Source: the human T2T-CHM13v2.0 reference genome, Homo sapiens. Taken from it: 64,000 nucleotides of DNA. The first letter of the stretch is position 1. Each line of letters starts with the position of its first letter. Shown in pieces: positions 25,058 to 40,487 of this stretch. The notes below the pieces were generated by a model. That model worked only from the letters and a program-made list of their open reading frames with translations, was not told where the DNA came from and did no database searches. Location of the stretch: the NCBI RefSeq assembly GCF_009914755.1, contig NC_060930.1. One strand, 5' to 3'. A program made the translations under genes and the position numbers.

Positions 25058-27527
25058 GATTTAACCAAAAAGAAGGAAAAATATTTCCACAGCAGCATAA
25101 ACCCTCTCCCTCAATCCTCTCAACACACTTTTACATGAAGAAACATTCAAAGGTAAAAATATAAACAAAACAAGAAAGAAAGCTGTACTAATTTTAAGCC
25201 AGCAAGATAGAATAATGGAAAAAGTTTTAAAATCCTCATGCTAAAATCATGATTCTACACTTATTTTCTCTGGGTATGTAGACTTTCAAGTGTACTTGCA
25301 AGATTAGAAATGTACTACAAAGAACCTATTTCAGTCTAATAATTATCTCAAACAAGAGCGAAGAGAAAATAGGAAATTAGTGTAAAGGTGATCATTTCAG
25401 AATTTAGACAAAAACATCCATGTTCCTTGCAAGGTCTTACTTTTAAAACTATTTCAAGTGAAATACCAGGAAAACTATGAATCCTTCCACTGATTAATAT
25501 GTTTCTTACTAAAAGTTCAAAAAAAATGTAGAATAAATTTTTTATAATCAACATTTCTAGTACCGTAGTGCTAACTCTACGTAGGAAAAGAACAGAGCAT
25601 TTGCTTTTATCAAAGACTGGCCAGTTCAGTGGTAGTGCTCAATGATCCCTTCCAACCACTACAGTTCTGAACCATTTTGTCCCAATCTAGTTACTTCCCA
25701 CTTTCCTAGCAGAATATGTTAGGATACAAAACAAGTCCGAAATCAAGACTGAAATTACATCAAGTATCTTCTCTGACAATGGAATGAAACTAGAAACCCA
25801 TAATAGGAGGAATTTTGGAATTAACAAAAATATAGAAATTAAATAACATGCTCTTGAACATTCATTGGGTCAATGAAGCAATTAAAAGGAAAAATTAAAA
25901 ATATCTTGAGACAAATGAAAATGGAAATACAACATAACAAAAGGTATGGGAATTCAGCAAAAGCAGTTCTAATAATGAAGCTTATAGAAATAAACAACTA
26001 CATAAAAAAAGAGAAATGTTCTAAATAAACAACTAATGTTGCACCACAAGGAACTGGAAAAAGAAGAGCAAAGTAAGCCGAAAGTCAGCAGAAGGAAAGA
26101 TATAATAAAAATCAGAGCAGAAATAAATAAAATAGAGATCAGAAAAAAAATTACAGAAAAGACTAATGAAATTCTTAGTTGGTTATTTGAAAACATAAAC
26201 ACAATGGACAACCCTTTAGGTAGACTAAGAAAAAATAAGAGTAAAATTTAAAAAATTATAAATGAAAGAAGAGACCTTAAAACTGATACCACAGAAATAC
26301 AGAGAATCATGAGACTTATGAACAACTATACGCCAAGAAATCAGAAAATCTAGAAGAAATGGATAAATTCCCAGAAACATACAATCTACCAAGACTGAAT
26401 CACAAAGAAACAGAAAATCTGAAAAGACCAGTATGTAGTAACAAGATTGAGTCAGTAATAAAAAGTCTCCCCTCAAAGAAAAGCATAGGAACTAGTGGTT
26501 TCACTGGTAAAGTTAAACAATCATTTAAAGAAGAACTAATACCAATCTTTCTTGAACTTTTATAAAAAACTGAAGAGAAAATATTCTTAATTCATTTTAC
26601 AAGACCAGAAGTACTCTGATATCAAAATCAGACAAGAACACTATAAGAAAACAATTACAGGCCAGTGTCTCTGATGAAAACATGCAAAAATCCTCAACAA
26701 AATACTAGGAAGCCAAATTCCACAACACATTAAAAGGGATCACTCACCATGATCAACAGGGATTTACCTCTGGCATGCAAGGATGGTTTAACGTATGCAA
26801 ACCAATAAATGTGATACACCACAGAATAAAGGAAAAAAATGATCATCTCAATATATGCAGAAAAAATATCTGATAAAATTCAACATACTTCAATAAACTC
26901 TCAACAACTTAGGTATAGAAGGAATGTACCTCAACACAGTAAAGGCCATAAATGACAAGCCTACCAGATAGCATCATACTCAATGGTGAAAAGCTCAAAG
27001 CTTTTCCTTTAAGATCAGCAAAACACAAATGCCCACTCTTGCCACTGTTATTCAACATAGTATTGGAAGTCTTAGCTAGAGCAATTAGGCAAGGAAAAGA
27101 AATAAAAGGCATTCAAATTGCAAAGGAGGAAGTTAAACTGTTTGCAGATGACATGATCTTATATATACAAAATCCTAAAGATTCCACCAAAAATCTGTTA
27201 AAAGCAATGAATTTAGTGAAGTTTCAGGATACAATAGAAACACAAAAATCAGTAGCATTTCTATACCTAACAATCAATTATCCAAAAAGGACGTCAAGAA
27301 AAAATATTTTATAATGTCATAAAAAAATGCTTAGGAGTAAATTTAATCAAGGTGAGAGACCTGTACACTGAAAACTATGAAACATTAATAAAAAAATTAA
27401 AGAGAACACAAATGGAAAGACATATGTTCATGAACTGAACTAATATTGTTACATAAATATTAAATAACATAATCTATAGACTCAATGCAATCCCTATTAA
27501 AATTCTGATGACATTTCACAGAAATAG

Positions 27528-28248
<721 letters not shown>

Positions 28249-29678
28249 AATAGGAAAAACAATTCTAAAACTCATATGGAACCACAAAAGACCTTGGATA
28301 ACCAAAGCAATCTTGAGCAAAAAGCTAGAGATACCAAACTCCCTGATTCTAAAACACATTTTAAAACTACAGTAATAAAAATAGTACGCTACTGAAATAA
28401 AAACAGACATACAGACCAATGGAACAGGAGAGAGCCCAGAAATAAACCCACACATACACAGTCAACCAATCTTTAACAAAGATAAGAAGATCACACAATG
28501 GGGAAAAAACAGTCTCTTCAATAAACTGTGCTGAAAAAACTAGTTATCCACATGCAAAAGAATAAAACTGGACCCTTATCTCACCGCATATACAAAAATC
28601 ATCTCAAAATGGATTAAAGACTTAAATATAAGACCCAAAACTACAAACTACTTGACAATGATCTTGGTAAAGACTTTTTGGATATCACCCAAAAAACTCA
28701 GGCAAGAAAAGCAAAAAGATAAATAGGATCGCATTAAAGTTAACAAGCTTCTGCACAGCAAAGGAAATAATCAACAAAGACAATCTACAGCAAAGGAGAA
28801 AATATCTGCAAACCACACATGTGATAAGGAGTTATTATCCAAAATATACCAGAAACTCAAACAACTCAACAGCAAGAAAACAACCTGAGTAAAAAATGGG
28901 CAAAGGACCTGAAAAGATATTACTCAAAAGAAGACATACAAATAGGTAACAGGTCTAGGAAAAGGTGCTCAACGACCCTAATCATCAGGGAAATACAAAT
29001 TAAAACCACACTGAGATACACCACCTCATTCCTGTTAGAATGACTATTATAAAAAAGACAAGAGATAAGTATTGGTGAGAAGGTGGAGAAAAAGGAAACC
29101 CTTGTACACTATTGGTGGCAATACAAATTAGTAGAGCCATTTTGGAAAATAGTAAAGAGGTTTCTCAATATATTAAAAATAGAACTACCACACAATCCAG
29201 CAGTTCTATTTCTGGGTATATATCCAGGGGAAATTAAATCAGCATGTGGAAGAGATATCTGCAATCTCAAGTTAATTTCAGCATTATTCATGGTAGCCAA
29301 GACATGGAATCAATGTAAGTGTCCATCCATTGATGAATAAATTTTAAAACAGGTTATATATACACCACGGAATATGTTTTTACCTGACAGTAAATCAATC
29401 CTGTCAGGTGAGATAACATCTATGTACCTGAAAGACACCATGCTAACTGAAATAAACCAGGCACAGAAAAGACAGATACTGCATGATCTCACTTATATGG
29501 GATATCTAAAAACATTTAACTCACAGAAGCAGAGAGCAGAATGGCGGTTACCAGAGGCTGGAGTTTGTGGGGGAAGGGAGTGGGTTAAATGGTGCAAAGT
29601 TTTAGTTAGACAGAAGGAACAGATCTAAAGATCTATTATACAGCATGGTGACTACAGTACATAATAATGTATTGTATA

Positions 29679-30005
29679 CCGTTGTCCCTTGGTATTCATG
29701 GGGAGTTCTAGGATCCCCATTGGATATCAAGATCTGCAGATGCTAAGTGCCTTACATAAAATGATAGTATTTACATATAGCCTACACACATCCTTCTGTA
29801 TACTTTAAAATCATCTCTGTATTACTTACAATACTGAATACAATGTAAATCTTACGTAAATTATTATAGTGTCTTTTAAAAATTTGTGTTTTTTAAATAT
29901 GCTGTATTGTGATTTTTTATTGTTGCTGGGTTTTTCTTGAGTATTTTTTATCCGTGGTTAACTGAATCTGCTGATGCAGAATCTGCAAATGTGGGGGGCC
30001 AACTA
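29679..30005. mobile_element. MER2 DNA transposon within the L1 3'UTR
   Basis: gttgtcccttggtattcatggggagttctaggatccc...ggggggccaact, flanked by TA. Confidence 0.8.
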
Positions 30006-33000
30006 TACTTGAAAACTGCTAAGAGGGCAGATTTTAAATTTTCTTATCACAAAAATTGGTTAAGTATGTGAAGTGATGGGTATGTTAATTAGCTTGATTC
30101 AATCCTTCCATAATATCTACATATATTAAAACATCATGTTGTATACTACCATAAATATATACAATATTTCATTTGACAGTTAACAAAGAACCATATGAGG
30201 AACTGGATATACAAAGATGAAAAAATACACTCCCTTGTCTCCAAATACATAACACTCTAACGCGTGTTGCAGAATATGGAGAAAAACATAAAAGGATGGT
30301 TTATCTGCTGGTTTGGCAATTGAAATGAATGTTTTATACCGCCTTAATGAGCACTACACACATTCTACTGCTCTTTTTCATGTTTCTTCTATCTTAAATA
30401 TGTAAATAAACTTGGGTTCAAATCTGCCAGCTTCTGAGAAGACTATTCAATGTAGTTACTGCTATAGAAAGCAAATATTCACATTGTTAAAAAAAGATAA
30501 GATTAAAACAGGAAAAAGGGAATGGGTTACATATAGGCAAGGCTGCTTGCAAAAAAGCAAAAAAGTAACAAAAGGAAATGTGGATACCAATCTATTCCTG
30601 TGCAAGCTGTTAACACAGTATGAACATTCTCAAGACAGGTAAACTGGTAGCCTCTGGCAAACTCATTATTTAGCTACAGCAGTAAACAGATGCAAAGTTA
30701 AGCTGGAATGTTATGCATTAGGGAAGACTGTACATGGGAACAGAAATCCCATACAACTGCTAGATAATCTCTTAATATATTAGGTTGATAAAGTTGTACT
30801 TAACTATAAGCACCTCTGTCCTCTTCTGACATTACTGTCCCTTTCCTTACTCCCATCCTTTCTCCTTAGTCTCTTCAGCACACACACACACCCTAATCCT
30901 AACTTTGTGCTTATTGCTTGGTTTTCCTTCATGTTTCTGAAACATTAATGACCAAGGTCCAGCTTTGGAATAACGACACAGCTTCTGTCCTTTACCCTCA
31001 CTGACTGTATCTTTGCCATTCTTCTCTCTAAGGCACTAATTCTCTCTAAGGTCAACTAGAGAACTCGGATGGGAGACATACAAAGTGTTACCAGTCAGCG
31101 CAAGGCTGTTATCTCTCCTGGTTTTCTGCTCAAGTCAGCAGCCAGGAGAATTAAAATGTTTAAAAATAAAGAAGTGAAGTAAAGTGAAGTCTTCCACTTT
31201 CTGGAAAATAAAGTACAAAGTTAAAAGCTCCAGAATTTGGGGCAGGAAGTCAACACACTGAAAAAAGAGTAGAGACCCACTAGCACCAAAGGCCAATAAA
31301 GAATATTTCTAATGAAGTTTGGCCTGGAAGTCACTTAGTAACACAACTCAAGATCAGAAATGTCATGTGGCTTATCTGCTCTAACAGGTGCCACTAACTT
31401 ATTTTTATCACAGAGTTAAATCTGATTGGAATAAGGTGTTCTATAGTTGCAGCCTCCTGTTGTAAAATGTGGAGAACCTAAACTTTGAATTACAAGTTGT
31501 TAAATGTGTTAAAATGACAGAAAATTCAGTTTTGTTTCTTTGCCATAAATTCAGTAGACTGAAAAAAATTCTTCTAATAAACCAACCAAGTAGCATCTGA
31601 TCTAGATTTTAATCCTCTCCCCTCCAGAATGAGATGACCTATTTTACCGATGTAATTTCAGAGGGAGGAAGTGCTTTTCATGCACTGAAGACTTATTATT
31701 GGGGAAAAAAAGAGGGCGCAATATTAATGGTAAAAATCTGAGTATTGGTGTAGAAAGATACACTGTAGCTTGGCTTTACTCTAGACTATTCAATTGTTTA
31801 CACAGACTATTCAATTGTTATCCATCCATGCATTCAAATACTTACTGAGTGCCTATTATATGCCAGGTATTGTTCCAAATGCCTCATACAAAATAGTGAA
31901 TAAAACAACATCCCTACCTCATGAACAAGTCCTCTACCTTTTAATGGAGTTTACACTCAACAAATGATTTTTTCATAAAGATAAGTTTTAGTTTATATCT
32001 TAGAAGTCTCTACTGTGTGTTCAATTTACTGCAAGCTATGGCTAACTTTAACATGAGGCTAACAGTTCAGAATTACAAGTATTAACTTGGCCGGTGAACA
32101 GAAATAGAAATGGTATTTTTTTTGCAATTATATTTAGTCATGACATATTTTAACAAAAAATATACAACTGCATTCCAAATTTACCAGTTAATGTTCATGT
32201 TATATAAAACTTATATAAGAATATTTAGATAAATATATTTAAATATAATCACTTCTGGATTATATTTACCAAATTATTTTATTCCTATTTTAAACTCAGA
32301 ATTTCATAATCAGTTTTTTTCACTCAGATGTTTATTTTAATTATATTTTAAAAGTGTGAGACAGATGTCACAAATGATCTTTAAATTAAATGAACAAAAA
32401 TTCAAATAAAAAAAAAACAGAATAGAATTCCACATGTAGAATTCTACACATAGTATGGCTAGGCTTCTCTGTGAGTTGGAATGTAGAGATACAGAGTTTT
32501 TTTCTCTACAAAAAGGCTGTATAAGATATCTCTATTATCAAGAGATATGCTTGCTAAAAATGCAGATTTCTGGACCACATCCCAGGTCTAATGAGTCAAA
32601 GTTTATGGAGACAGAGCCTGAACAAAAATATTTATTTTAAAAAGCAGGCCAGTTGATGGTCACATACTTAAAAGTTTGACAAAAAAAGCAATTGTGTAGC
32701 ATGTGGTGGGTGGGAAGGGTACTGTATTGCTGTCACTATATCTATGTAGTGGCTGTATCTATTTTCTCCCGGACAGAAATTTCTTATTATCTAAGACTCT
32801 TGACCAGTATATAGGGTCAGGGTTTCCACTGGCAAAATGCTTTGTATAAAACCTAGCCAAATGTAAGACACAGGGAACAAGACATGTGGGCCATATGTTC
32901 TGCCAGGAGGCCTACTTCACCATCCAAAATGCCTGGCAGTTGTCAGAACTTGCAAGGGGAATTTTGTTTACTTTGTGAGATGCCCAGTAGGTTCCAAAGG

Positions 33001-34503
33001 TCATTTAGGAATACCATCACACTGTTGCTAGGGAAGAAATGGTCTTCAACTTAAGTGCATCCACCGAACAGGACATTTGTGATCCCAGTATTCATTTTAT
33101 ATCTATGGTCAATCAACAGCATTCCTTACATTGTAAAATCTCTTATTTCCAAGAAATACTACTTAAAAATGTCTACTACTAATAAATAATAGTTTTATGC
33201 TTTCCAAATATCTTTTATCCACAAAAAAGCTATATGATTAAGCATTCTGTACGATATATGGTTTGCTATGTCTGAGAATCTTGACATAAATACAGTGAAA
33301 TAATCATTTCAGAAATAAATTTTATATTTCAGATAATATAAACATTTCAATTAAATAAAAAATTACTTGTCAGTATTGCTTGTTAAAGAACAACGATTTG
33401 ATAATCAACAGTAATATAAAGAAAAAAACTAGGTTTAGAAATAATTGGAACTAGTAGTTTCTAAAATTTGAAAATAATGCCTTAATTATTTACACAAAGC
33501 CATCTTTATTTACATACTAATCCAAAATAGGCAATATGATCATTTATGTGGAAGTTTCAAAGAGTCACAAGAGAGGGGTGAAGTCTCAGAATACAATAAG
33601 CTGATGTTTCAAGGAGGAAGTGACAGACAGCAGGCCAGAAATGTGACAGAAGTCAGAAGAAGAGACAGGAAGCACAAGGCAAATGTGGCAGACACAAATG
33701 GTAACAGAAAAAGCAGTGAAGAGCCAACCTAAACATGGCGTGAAGCAGTGTGACAACGTCGAGGAGGGATAAAATTTGCCCGCACAATGGTACAATAGTC
33801 TTATGTTTAAGAAAAGGAAATGTAATTACATGTGCATCTATGATAAAAAGGGAAATTATCTTTAGTAAATTCTATAAACTTAATTTTTTTTAAAAGATGC
33901 TTCAGTTAATTCACGTGTTAATCAATACTCATGAAAGACAGCGAGAAGTGAGAGCACAATAAACAGTATTTATATACCGATATCCCTGCTCCAACAGCAC
34001 AGCACATGTAACTGTGCCAATCTCTATCCTGGGTGTCTAGGAAAGCTGCCATAAAATGAACAGGTGTTTGGATTTGATGGGCTCAATGACTCAGTTTCGT
34101 AGAGGCTGTGCTGTTTACCAGTAGCTAGAGCAATCACTTCCTTAACCTCTCTGCGCAAAACCTGACACAGCAGTTCTTTCTTATGCCAGTTCCTTGTACT
34201 GTGATGCATGCTGTCACCTAAGGGTGAGCCACCTCTTCTTAGCCACAAAGGCCATCTGTGGCCCTTGAGATGCTGTGGCCAGAGGAAGAGAAAGAAGAGA
34301 AAAAAGGAAGGGCTAAGAAAGACTATCTTTATGGAAAGGAAAGGAGAAACTATAGGAGTGGGAAGAAAGGGAGAGAGGGACTGGGAAGCAGCATAGCTCC
34401 TAAGTGCAGGCAGGATAAAGAATAACTGTCAAATGCCTCAGGGCTGCACCATAAGTCACCTACTTCTTCCTTCAATAACTCTTTGGTATTTGCTTTAAAA
34501 ATA

Positions 34504-34821
34504 TAGTCCTCCCTCAGTATCTGTGAGGGACTGACTGCTTCCAAAACCCCTGTGGATACCAAAATCCCAGGATGCTCAAGGCCCTTATATAAAATGATGT
34601 CATATTTGCATATAACATACACACATCCTCCTGTATACTTTAAATCATCTCTAGATTACCTCATATAATCCCTACACATCATTGCATTTGCGTGGATTCA
34701 ATGTAAACTCAGCATGCTGCAAATTCAAGTTCTGCTCTTTAGAACTTCATGGAATTTTTCTTTTTCCAAGTATTTTTGATCTATGGTTGGCTATATCCAC
34801 AGATACACAGGGCTGACTGTA
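34504..34821. mobile_element. MER2/MER2B DNA transposon
   Basis: tagtcctccctcagtatctgtgagggactg...cagatacacagggctgactgta. Confidence 0.8.
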
Positions 34822-34949
34822 AAATGTATTCAGGGGATTCACAGAGAGGGAACAGGACTAGATGATCCTTAGGTCATGATGCTCTCATCACGTATCCTTG
34901 CCTGTTCTGTTATTCCCATACTGTCCTGCACTTCCTTCCTGCTTGTTTA

Positions 34950-36846
34950 CCCTCTAATTTTTCTCCTTTCACTCCTGGACCTTTCACTGGCGCCCCCTGG
35001 AACCCGTATTTTATGAAACAAATTGTTTCATATTTTCTACCTCTTGTAGAAATACTGCTCTTCACTTCCCTGCTTTAATTAGAACCTGGCTATCTTCTAA
35101 GCATACTGGTCTCTCAGCAGCCCTTTTGAGTGAAGGATTTGACTGTTGCATTTGAGTGCTGGTCCACAAATGCAGGTTTCAGAGCATTAGTTCTCATTTG
35201 TGTAACAACTTCCATTTTTTGAGCCCCCTGAAGCCCAGTTATCCCAACTCTACCCTTTGCTATAATTTATTGAACCCTACCCTACATTCACTAAAGAACT
35301 TTGGTGCCTAATTTACTCTATACCTCAACTCTAGATATTACATACTGTCTGCTTGGACAGCTCATCCAAAATTCAGGTCTCACTGTTTCATCTTCTAGCA
35401 TCTTTTCTTCTCCACCTCACTTGAGTCACCTACTTCTACAGTCACATCTGGCAGGCCTGTCCTCTCTGGAATGACTATGATCTCCCATTCTCAGATAAGA
35501 ACACCTATGCTTATATCTTTTGTGCTCAATAGCCCAATTTATACCTGTTATTTGACTTCAATGAAACTCTACTTTCTATACATCAACATTCTCCTTCTTT
35601 TCAAGAAACTTGTATTACAAATTATCCTTTCTCCTATATCTTCAGTCTATCCTTTTTTCACTGGAGACTAAACATGCTCAAGAATCTTTTGTCTTAAACA
35701 GAACAACAACAAAAAAGTGATGTCTTTCTGTTTTCATAGGTTCTGGTTACAATTCTGATTCTATCTCACAGTTAAGTTTATGAAACAGTTGGGCATTTTT
35801 TCTACTTGTTGACTTCCTGCTCATCCCGCAATCCCTCCCAATCTGCTTTCTGCCTCTACATTTGTATTAAAAGAGCTCCTTCTAAAGTCATCAGTGACCT
35901 CATTAGACAAATTAGTCCACATTGTAGTTGATCCACCTTCAGCACTACTGTCTCCTCACCGAAGCAGAGCTTCCCTGTGGTCTTTGTTGCCAGCGTACCT
36001 GCCTGGATTGCCTGTCCCTAGTTGCTCCTTCTCATTTTCCAGCCCTCCCAACTTGATTCAATCTTTTAAAGTTATGGACTTCATAGGACTCAATCTGAAG
36101 CAAACTTTTCTATTAGTGACTCCGAATTTTGTATCTCCAGCTCCACATATCAACACTTTTCTGGATAGTTCTACTTGGATGTCTTAGGCACCTTAAATAT
36201 GATATGTCTAAATGTATTCCTCTTCCAAATATCTTGTATCATTAGCTATACCATTACCCACCTGCTTATTCACATCAGAAACCAGGGGTGATCTATGAAA
36301 TTTCCTTCACTAATGCTGCCAACATTCTCTAACTTTATTCTAAACATGTCTAGAATATACCCACTTCTCTCCATTTCTACCGCCATCAGCCAAATCAAAG
36401 CCACCATTACTCCTGCTGTAGCCTCCTAAGCTGCTCTCTCCAAATTTCTTCTGCTCTATTCTGTTCCTCATCATCTGTTTTCCACACAAGAGAGATCTTT
36501 TTGAAATCCAAATTTGATCATGATACATCCCTGCTTATAATATTTAATGGCTTTCTCCTTAAATAAAAATAAAATTCTCAAATGTTCAGGTGGCCCTTCA
36601 ACATCTGGTCCCCTAGTTAGGTCTCCAGGCTTATTCAACTGCTTTCTCCTTGCTTTCTACACTTCAGCCACTCAGATCCATTTGAGTCCTTGTCTTAGGC
36701 TTTTCCATGCACTGGCTCTCTTCTGGTTTTCTTTTTCTCTGTCTGGGAGCCAACCTATTCTCTCCTCAGGCTGACTAATTCATCATTCATCCTTTAGATA
36801 CCTGCTTAACTGTCATTCCCTCAGAGACTTTTTTTCCTTTTTCTCC

Positions 36847-36880
<34 letters not shown>

Positions 36881-38460
36881 AACAGGATACATGTACAGAA
36901 TATGCAGGCTTGTTACACAGGTATCCATGTGCCATGGTAGTTTGCTGCACCTATTTATCTGCCCTCTTAGTTCCCTCTCCTTACTCCCCTGCCCCAACAA
37001 GCCCTGGTGTGTGTGTTGTTCCCTTCTTTGTGTCCATGTGTTCTCAGTGTTCAACTCCCACTTACGAGTGAGAACATGTGGTGGTTTTTTGTTCCTGTGT
37101 TAGTTTGCTGAGGATGATGGCTTCCAGCTTCATCCATGTCCCTGCAAAGGACATGATCTCATTCCTTTTTATGGATGCATAGTATTACATGGTGCATATG
37201 TACTATATTTTCTTTATCTAGTCTATCATTGATGGGCATTTGGATTGGTTCCATATATTTGTTATTGTAAATAGTGCTGCAGTAAACATTTGTGTGTATA
37301 TGTCTTTATAGCAGAATGATTTATATTCCTTTGGGTATATATGCAGTAATGGGATTGCTGGGTCCTATGGGATTTCTGTTTCTAGATCCTTGAGGAATCG
37401 CCATACTGTCTTCCACAATGGTTGCACTAATTTATATTCCTACCAACAGTGTAAAAACGTTCCTATTTCTTCACAGCCTTGCCAGCATCTATTGTTTGTT
37501 GACTTTTTAATAATCGCCATTCTGACTGGTGTGAGATGGTATCTCATTGTGGTTCTGATTTGCATTTCTCCGATGATCAGTGATGAACTTTTTTTCATGT
37601 TTGTTGGCCACGTAAATATCTTCTTTTGAGAAGTGTCTGTTCATGTCCTTTGTCCAATTTTTGATGGGGTTGTTTTTTTCTTATAAATATGTTCACATTC
37701 CTTGTAAATTCTGGATATTAGACCTCTGTCAGATGGGTTGATTGCAAAAATTTTCTCCCGTTCTGTAGGATGCCTGTTTACCGACGATAATTTCTTTTGC
37801 TCTGCAGAAGCTCTTTAATTAGATTCCCTTTGTCAATTTTGGCTTTTGTTGCAATTGCTTTTGGCATTTTTGTCATGAAGTCTTTGTCCATGCCTACGTC
37901 CTGAATGGTACTGCCTAGGTTTTCTTCTCGGATTTTTAGGGTTTTGGGTTTTACATTTAAGTCTTTAATCTATCTTGAGTTAATTTTTGTGTAAGGTGTA
38001 AGGAAGGGGTCCGGTTTCAGTTTTCTGCATATGGCTAGCCAGTTTTTCCAGCCCCATTTACCCAATAGGATCCTTTCCCCATTGTTTGTTTTTGTCGGGT
38101 CTGTCAAAGATCAGTTGTAGATGTGTGGTATTATTTCTGAGGTCTCTGTTCTGCTCCATTCGCCTATATGTCTGTTTTGGTACCATTCTGTTTTGGTTAC
38201 TGTAGCCTTGTAGTATAGTTTGAAATCAGGTAGCATGATGCCTCCAGCTTTGTTCTTTTGTAGTGCTTATCACAATTATAACACATTATTTATTAACATC
38301 TGTGCTTCCTGCCCCAACTCAAACTCCTTCACCAATCTCCACAAAAGTAGTAACCATATCTGTTTTATTTATGTGTATGCTGTGTCTATGAGGCCTAGCA
38401 CACTGCCTGTGTGCTAGTACGTGTCCAATATATATGTGTGGAATGAATGGATGAATGCTT
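34950..38460 (+). mobile_element. Old L2, interrupted by an L1PA at 36835-38262
   Basis: CT-rich L2-like body. The 3' end cctagcacactgcctgtg...gaatgaatggatgaat follows the L1. Confidence 0.6.
36835..38262 (-). mobile_element. 5'-truncated older L1PA (about 1.4 kb) with an (AAAAC)n tract near its tail; sense to SHPRH
   Basis: Reverse L1PA 3'UTR and ORF2 C-terminus (ttccacaatggttgcactaatttat; catgatgcctccagctttgttcttt). Confidence 0.92.
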
Positions 38461-39512
38461 ATTCTAACTGTGGAATTCTGTTTATCCCAACAGACTAAAG
38501 AGCAATATAACTGATATTTTCAGGTTTTACTCAAATAACAGTGAAAAAAGAGCAATTAAAAGTTCTTTAATGCAGCTACAGTTTTCTTGGGAGAAGGGTA
38601 CCCTAATAACTGCTTAACTACTGGTAGTGAATTTCAACTTGTAGCTGATTCTACTTAAAAAACACATTACTTAAAAGTGAGGAGTATCAAAAACTCAGAA
38701 GGAATTAATAAAGAATACTTCATCTTGCTTAAGAGTCAACCCCATCATTCTCTAATTCTCATTCTCTATTCCTTAAAGCCCACATTTGCTACTAAATTTA
38801 GATACCGATGTGTCCTTTGTTCAAGTTTGGTTAGAAAAAAAATATTAAAAAAGCATATTTAAGGAAAAGAAAGAGCAAAATAGTCTTGGCTTTTTATTAA
38901 ATACCCCTTAAAAGCAGTAAATCCAATTACAGATCCAGTCTGGATATCACATTATAGTAATTTTCTTAAAATTCTGAATGAAGCATGGAAAAAAATTAGG
39001 AAAATAAAGCCAAAATTTGGCTTTATCCTGGAATATCAATCTATGCTGTTTAAAAAGCACATTACCCTCTTTCTTGTAGCTGTCTTCATTAGCCAATTTA
39101 TTTTATCCTTCTGTTTAGTTAGACACATCCTTTTTTCCTTACATTCAGGGATGTGTAAAAGAATGAGGAAAACTCTTTCTTTAAATAAATCTCTAATGTA
39201 ACCAGACCTCTGTCTACTTGTGGTGGATAGAAATATTATAGAGGATAGGAAACTGTAATTTTAAGATGTTACATTTTAGTCACAGTGTACATGACTATCG
39301 CTAACCATGTTTGAATAAGTGTTCTGTGTTCCTCCTACAATTAAAAATTACATGGTTAAGCTGAGGCTTTCAGGCAGTGTATCTACAGACAACAGTGGCG
39401 TCTACCTATTCACTGTCAAGCTTGTTCTGATGTTCATGCTTTCTTAATCAGATACTGCTTCCTATATTATATTGCCTTACCTATGCTTCTATGTGTTCCT
39501 GACCTACTTTAC

Positions 39513-39701
39513 CTTCACAGGGATGTCCTCCTCCTGGTTTGCTTTCTCTGAGGTAAAGACATACGAGATTTCTTTGTGAGATGTGGTCTGGCGGCAGATT
39601 GCACACTTAATGGAGCTTCTGTGAGATCCCACGCTGTATTGTTCAATAATTATAGAAATGCATTCATTACAGAAACAGTGACCACAGGTCAGTACCGCCC
39701 A
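39513..39701 (-). CDS. SHPRH: SHPRH exon 25 (189 nt): WAVLTCGHCFCNECISIIIEQYSVGSHRSSIKCAICRQTTSHKEISYVFTSEKANQEEDIPVK; remainder of the C3HC4 RING
   Basis: ctttttag acceptor, AAG|gtaaag donor. CGH-x2-C-x2-C...CAIC RING signature. Confidence 0.97.
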
Positions 39702-40202
39702 CTAAAAAGAAAACAGAACAAGCCTTAGTGCTATCAAAGATGCCTTACAATTTATAAGCATATTAAAAAGAGATTCGCAATTTTTCCTCCTAAAGATTTC
39801 ATAACATTAATATTCTTTGTCATAAAGCCAAGTTGTGCCTTCAAATTAATTTTTTATTCCAAAGTAAGTTTTCATAATCTTTAGTTCTGTTTATCCTAAA
39901 AGTGAGTATGATAGTCAGTCACCACTACTTTGTAGAAAGGTGGTGTTCTCATTTCTGTATTTGGGAAGAATGTAAATTAGTCCTTCAGCACTCTAACAAC
40001 AGATATAACAGAGGGACTTAGAATATTAATTTGGAGATAATATCATACTCGATATGTTCCATTTAATTTAAAAAACAGATTTATATTTTCACACATTAAA
40101 GCACTTATATAGAAAATAATATGGGATAGTATCTCAAATTTATTTTGAAAATGGTTCTGGTTATTTAAAAAATTACAAACAAAAAGAAATTATTATTATT
40201 AC

Positions 40203-40487
40203 TATTATTTTTTAGACATTCTTGCTCTGTCGCCCAGACTGGAGTGCAAATGATGCGGTCTTGGCTCACTGCAACCTTGCAACCTCCACCTCCAGGATTC
40301 AAGCAATTTTCCTGCCTCAGCCTCTTGAGTAGCTGGGATTACAAGCACCTGCTGCCACGACCAGCTAATTTTTGTATTTTTAGTAGAGAGGGGTTTCACC
40401 ACACTGACCAGACTGGTCTCGAACTCCTGACCTCATGATCCATCCACTTCGGCCTGGGATTACAGGTGTGAGCCACCGCGCCCAGCC
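40203..40487 (-). mobile_element. AluS with small internal indels
   Basis: Reverse Alu with a duplicated gcaacct and missing cccaaagtgc. Confidence 0.9.
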
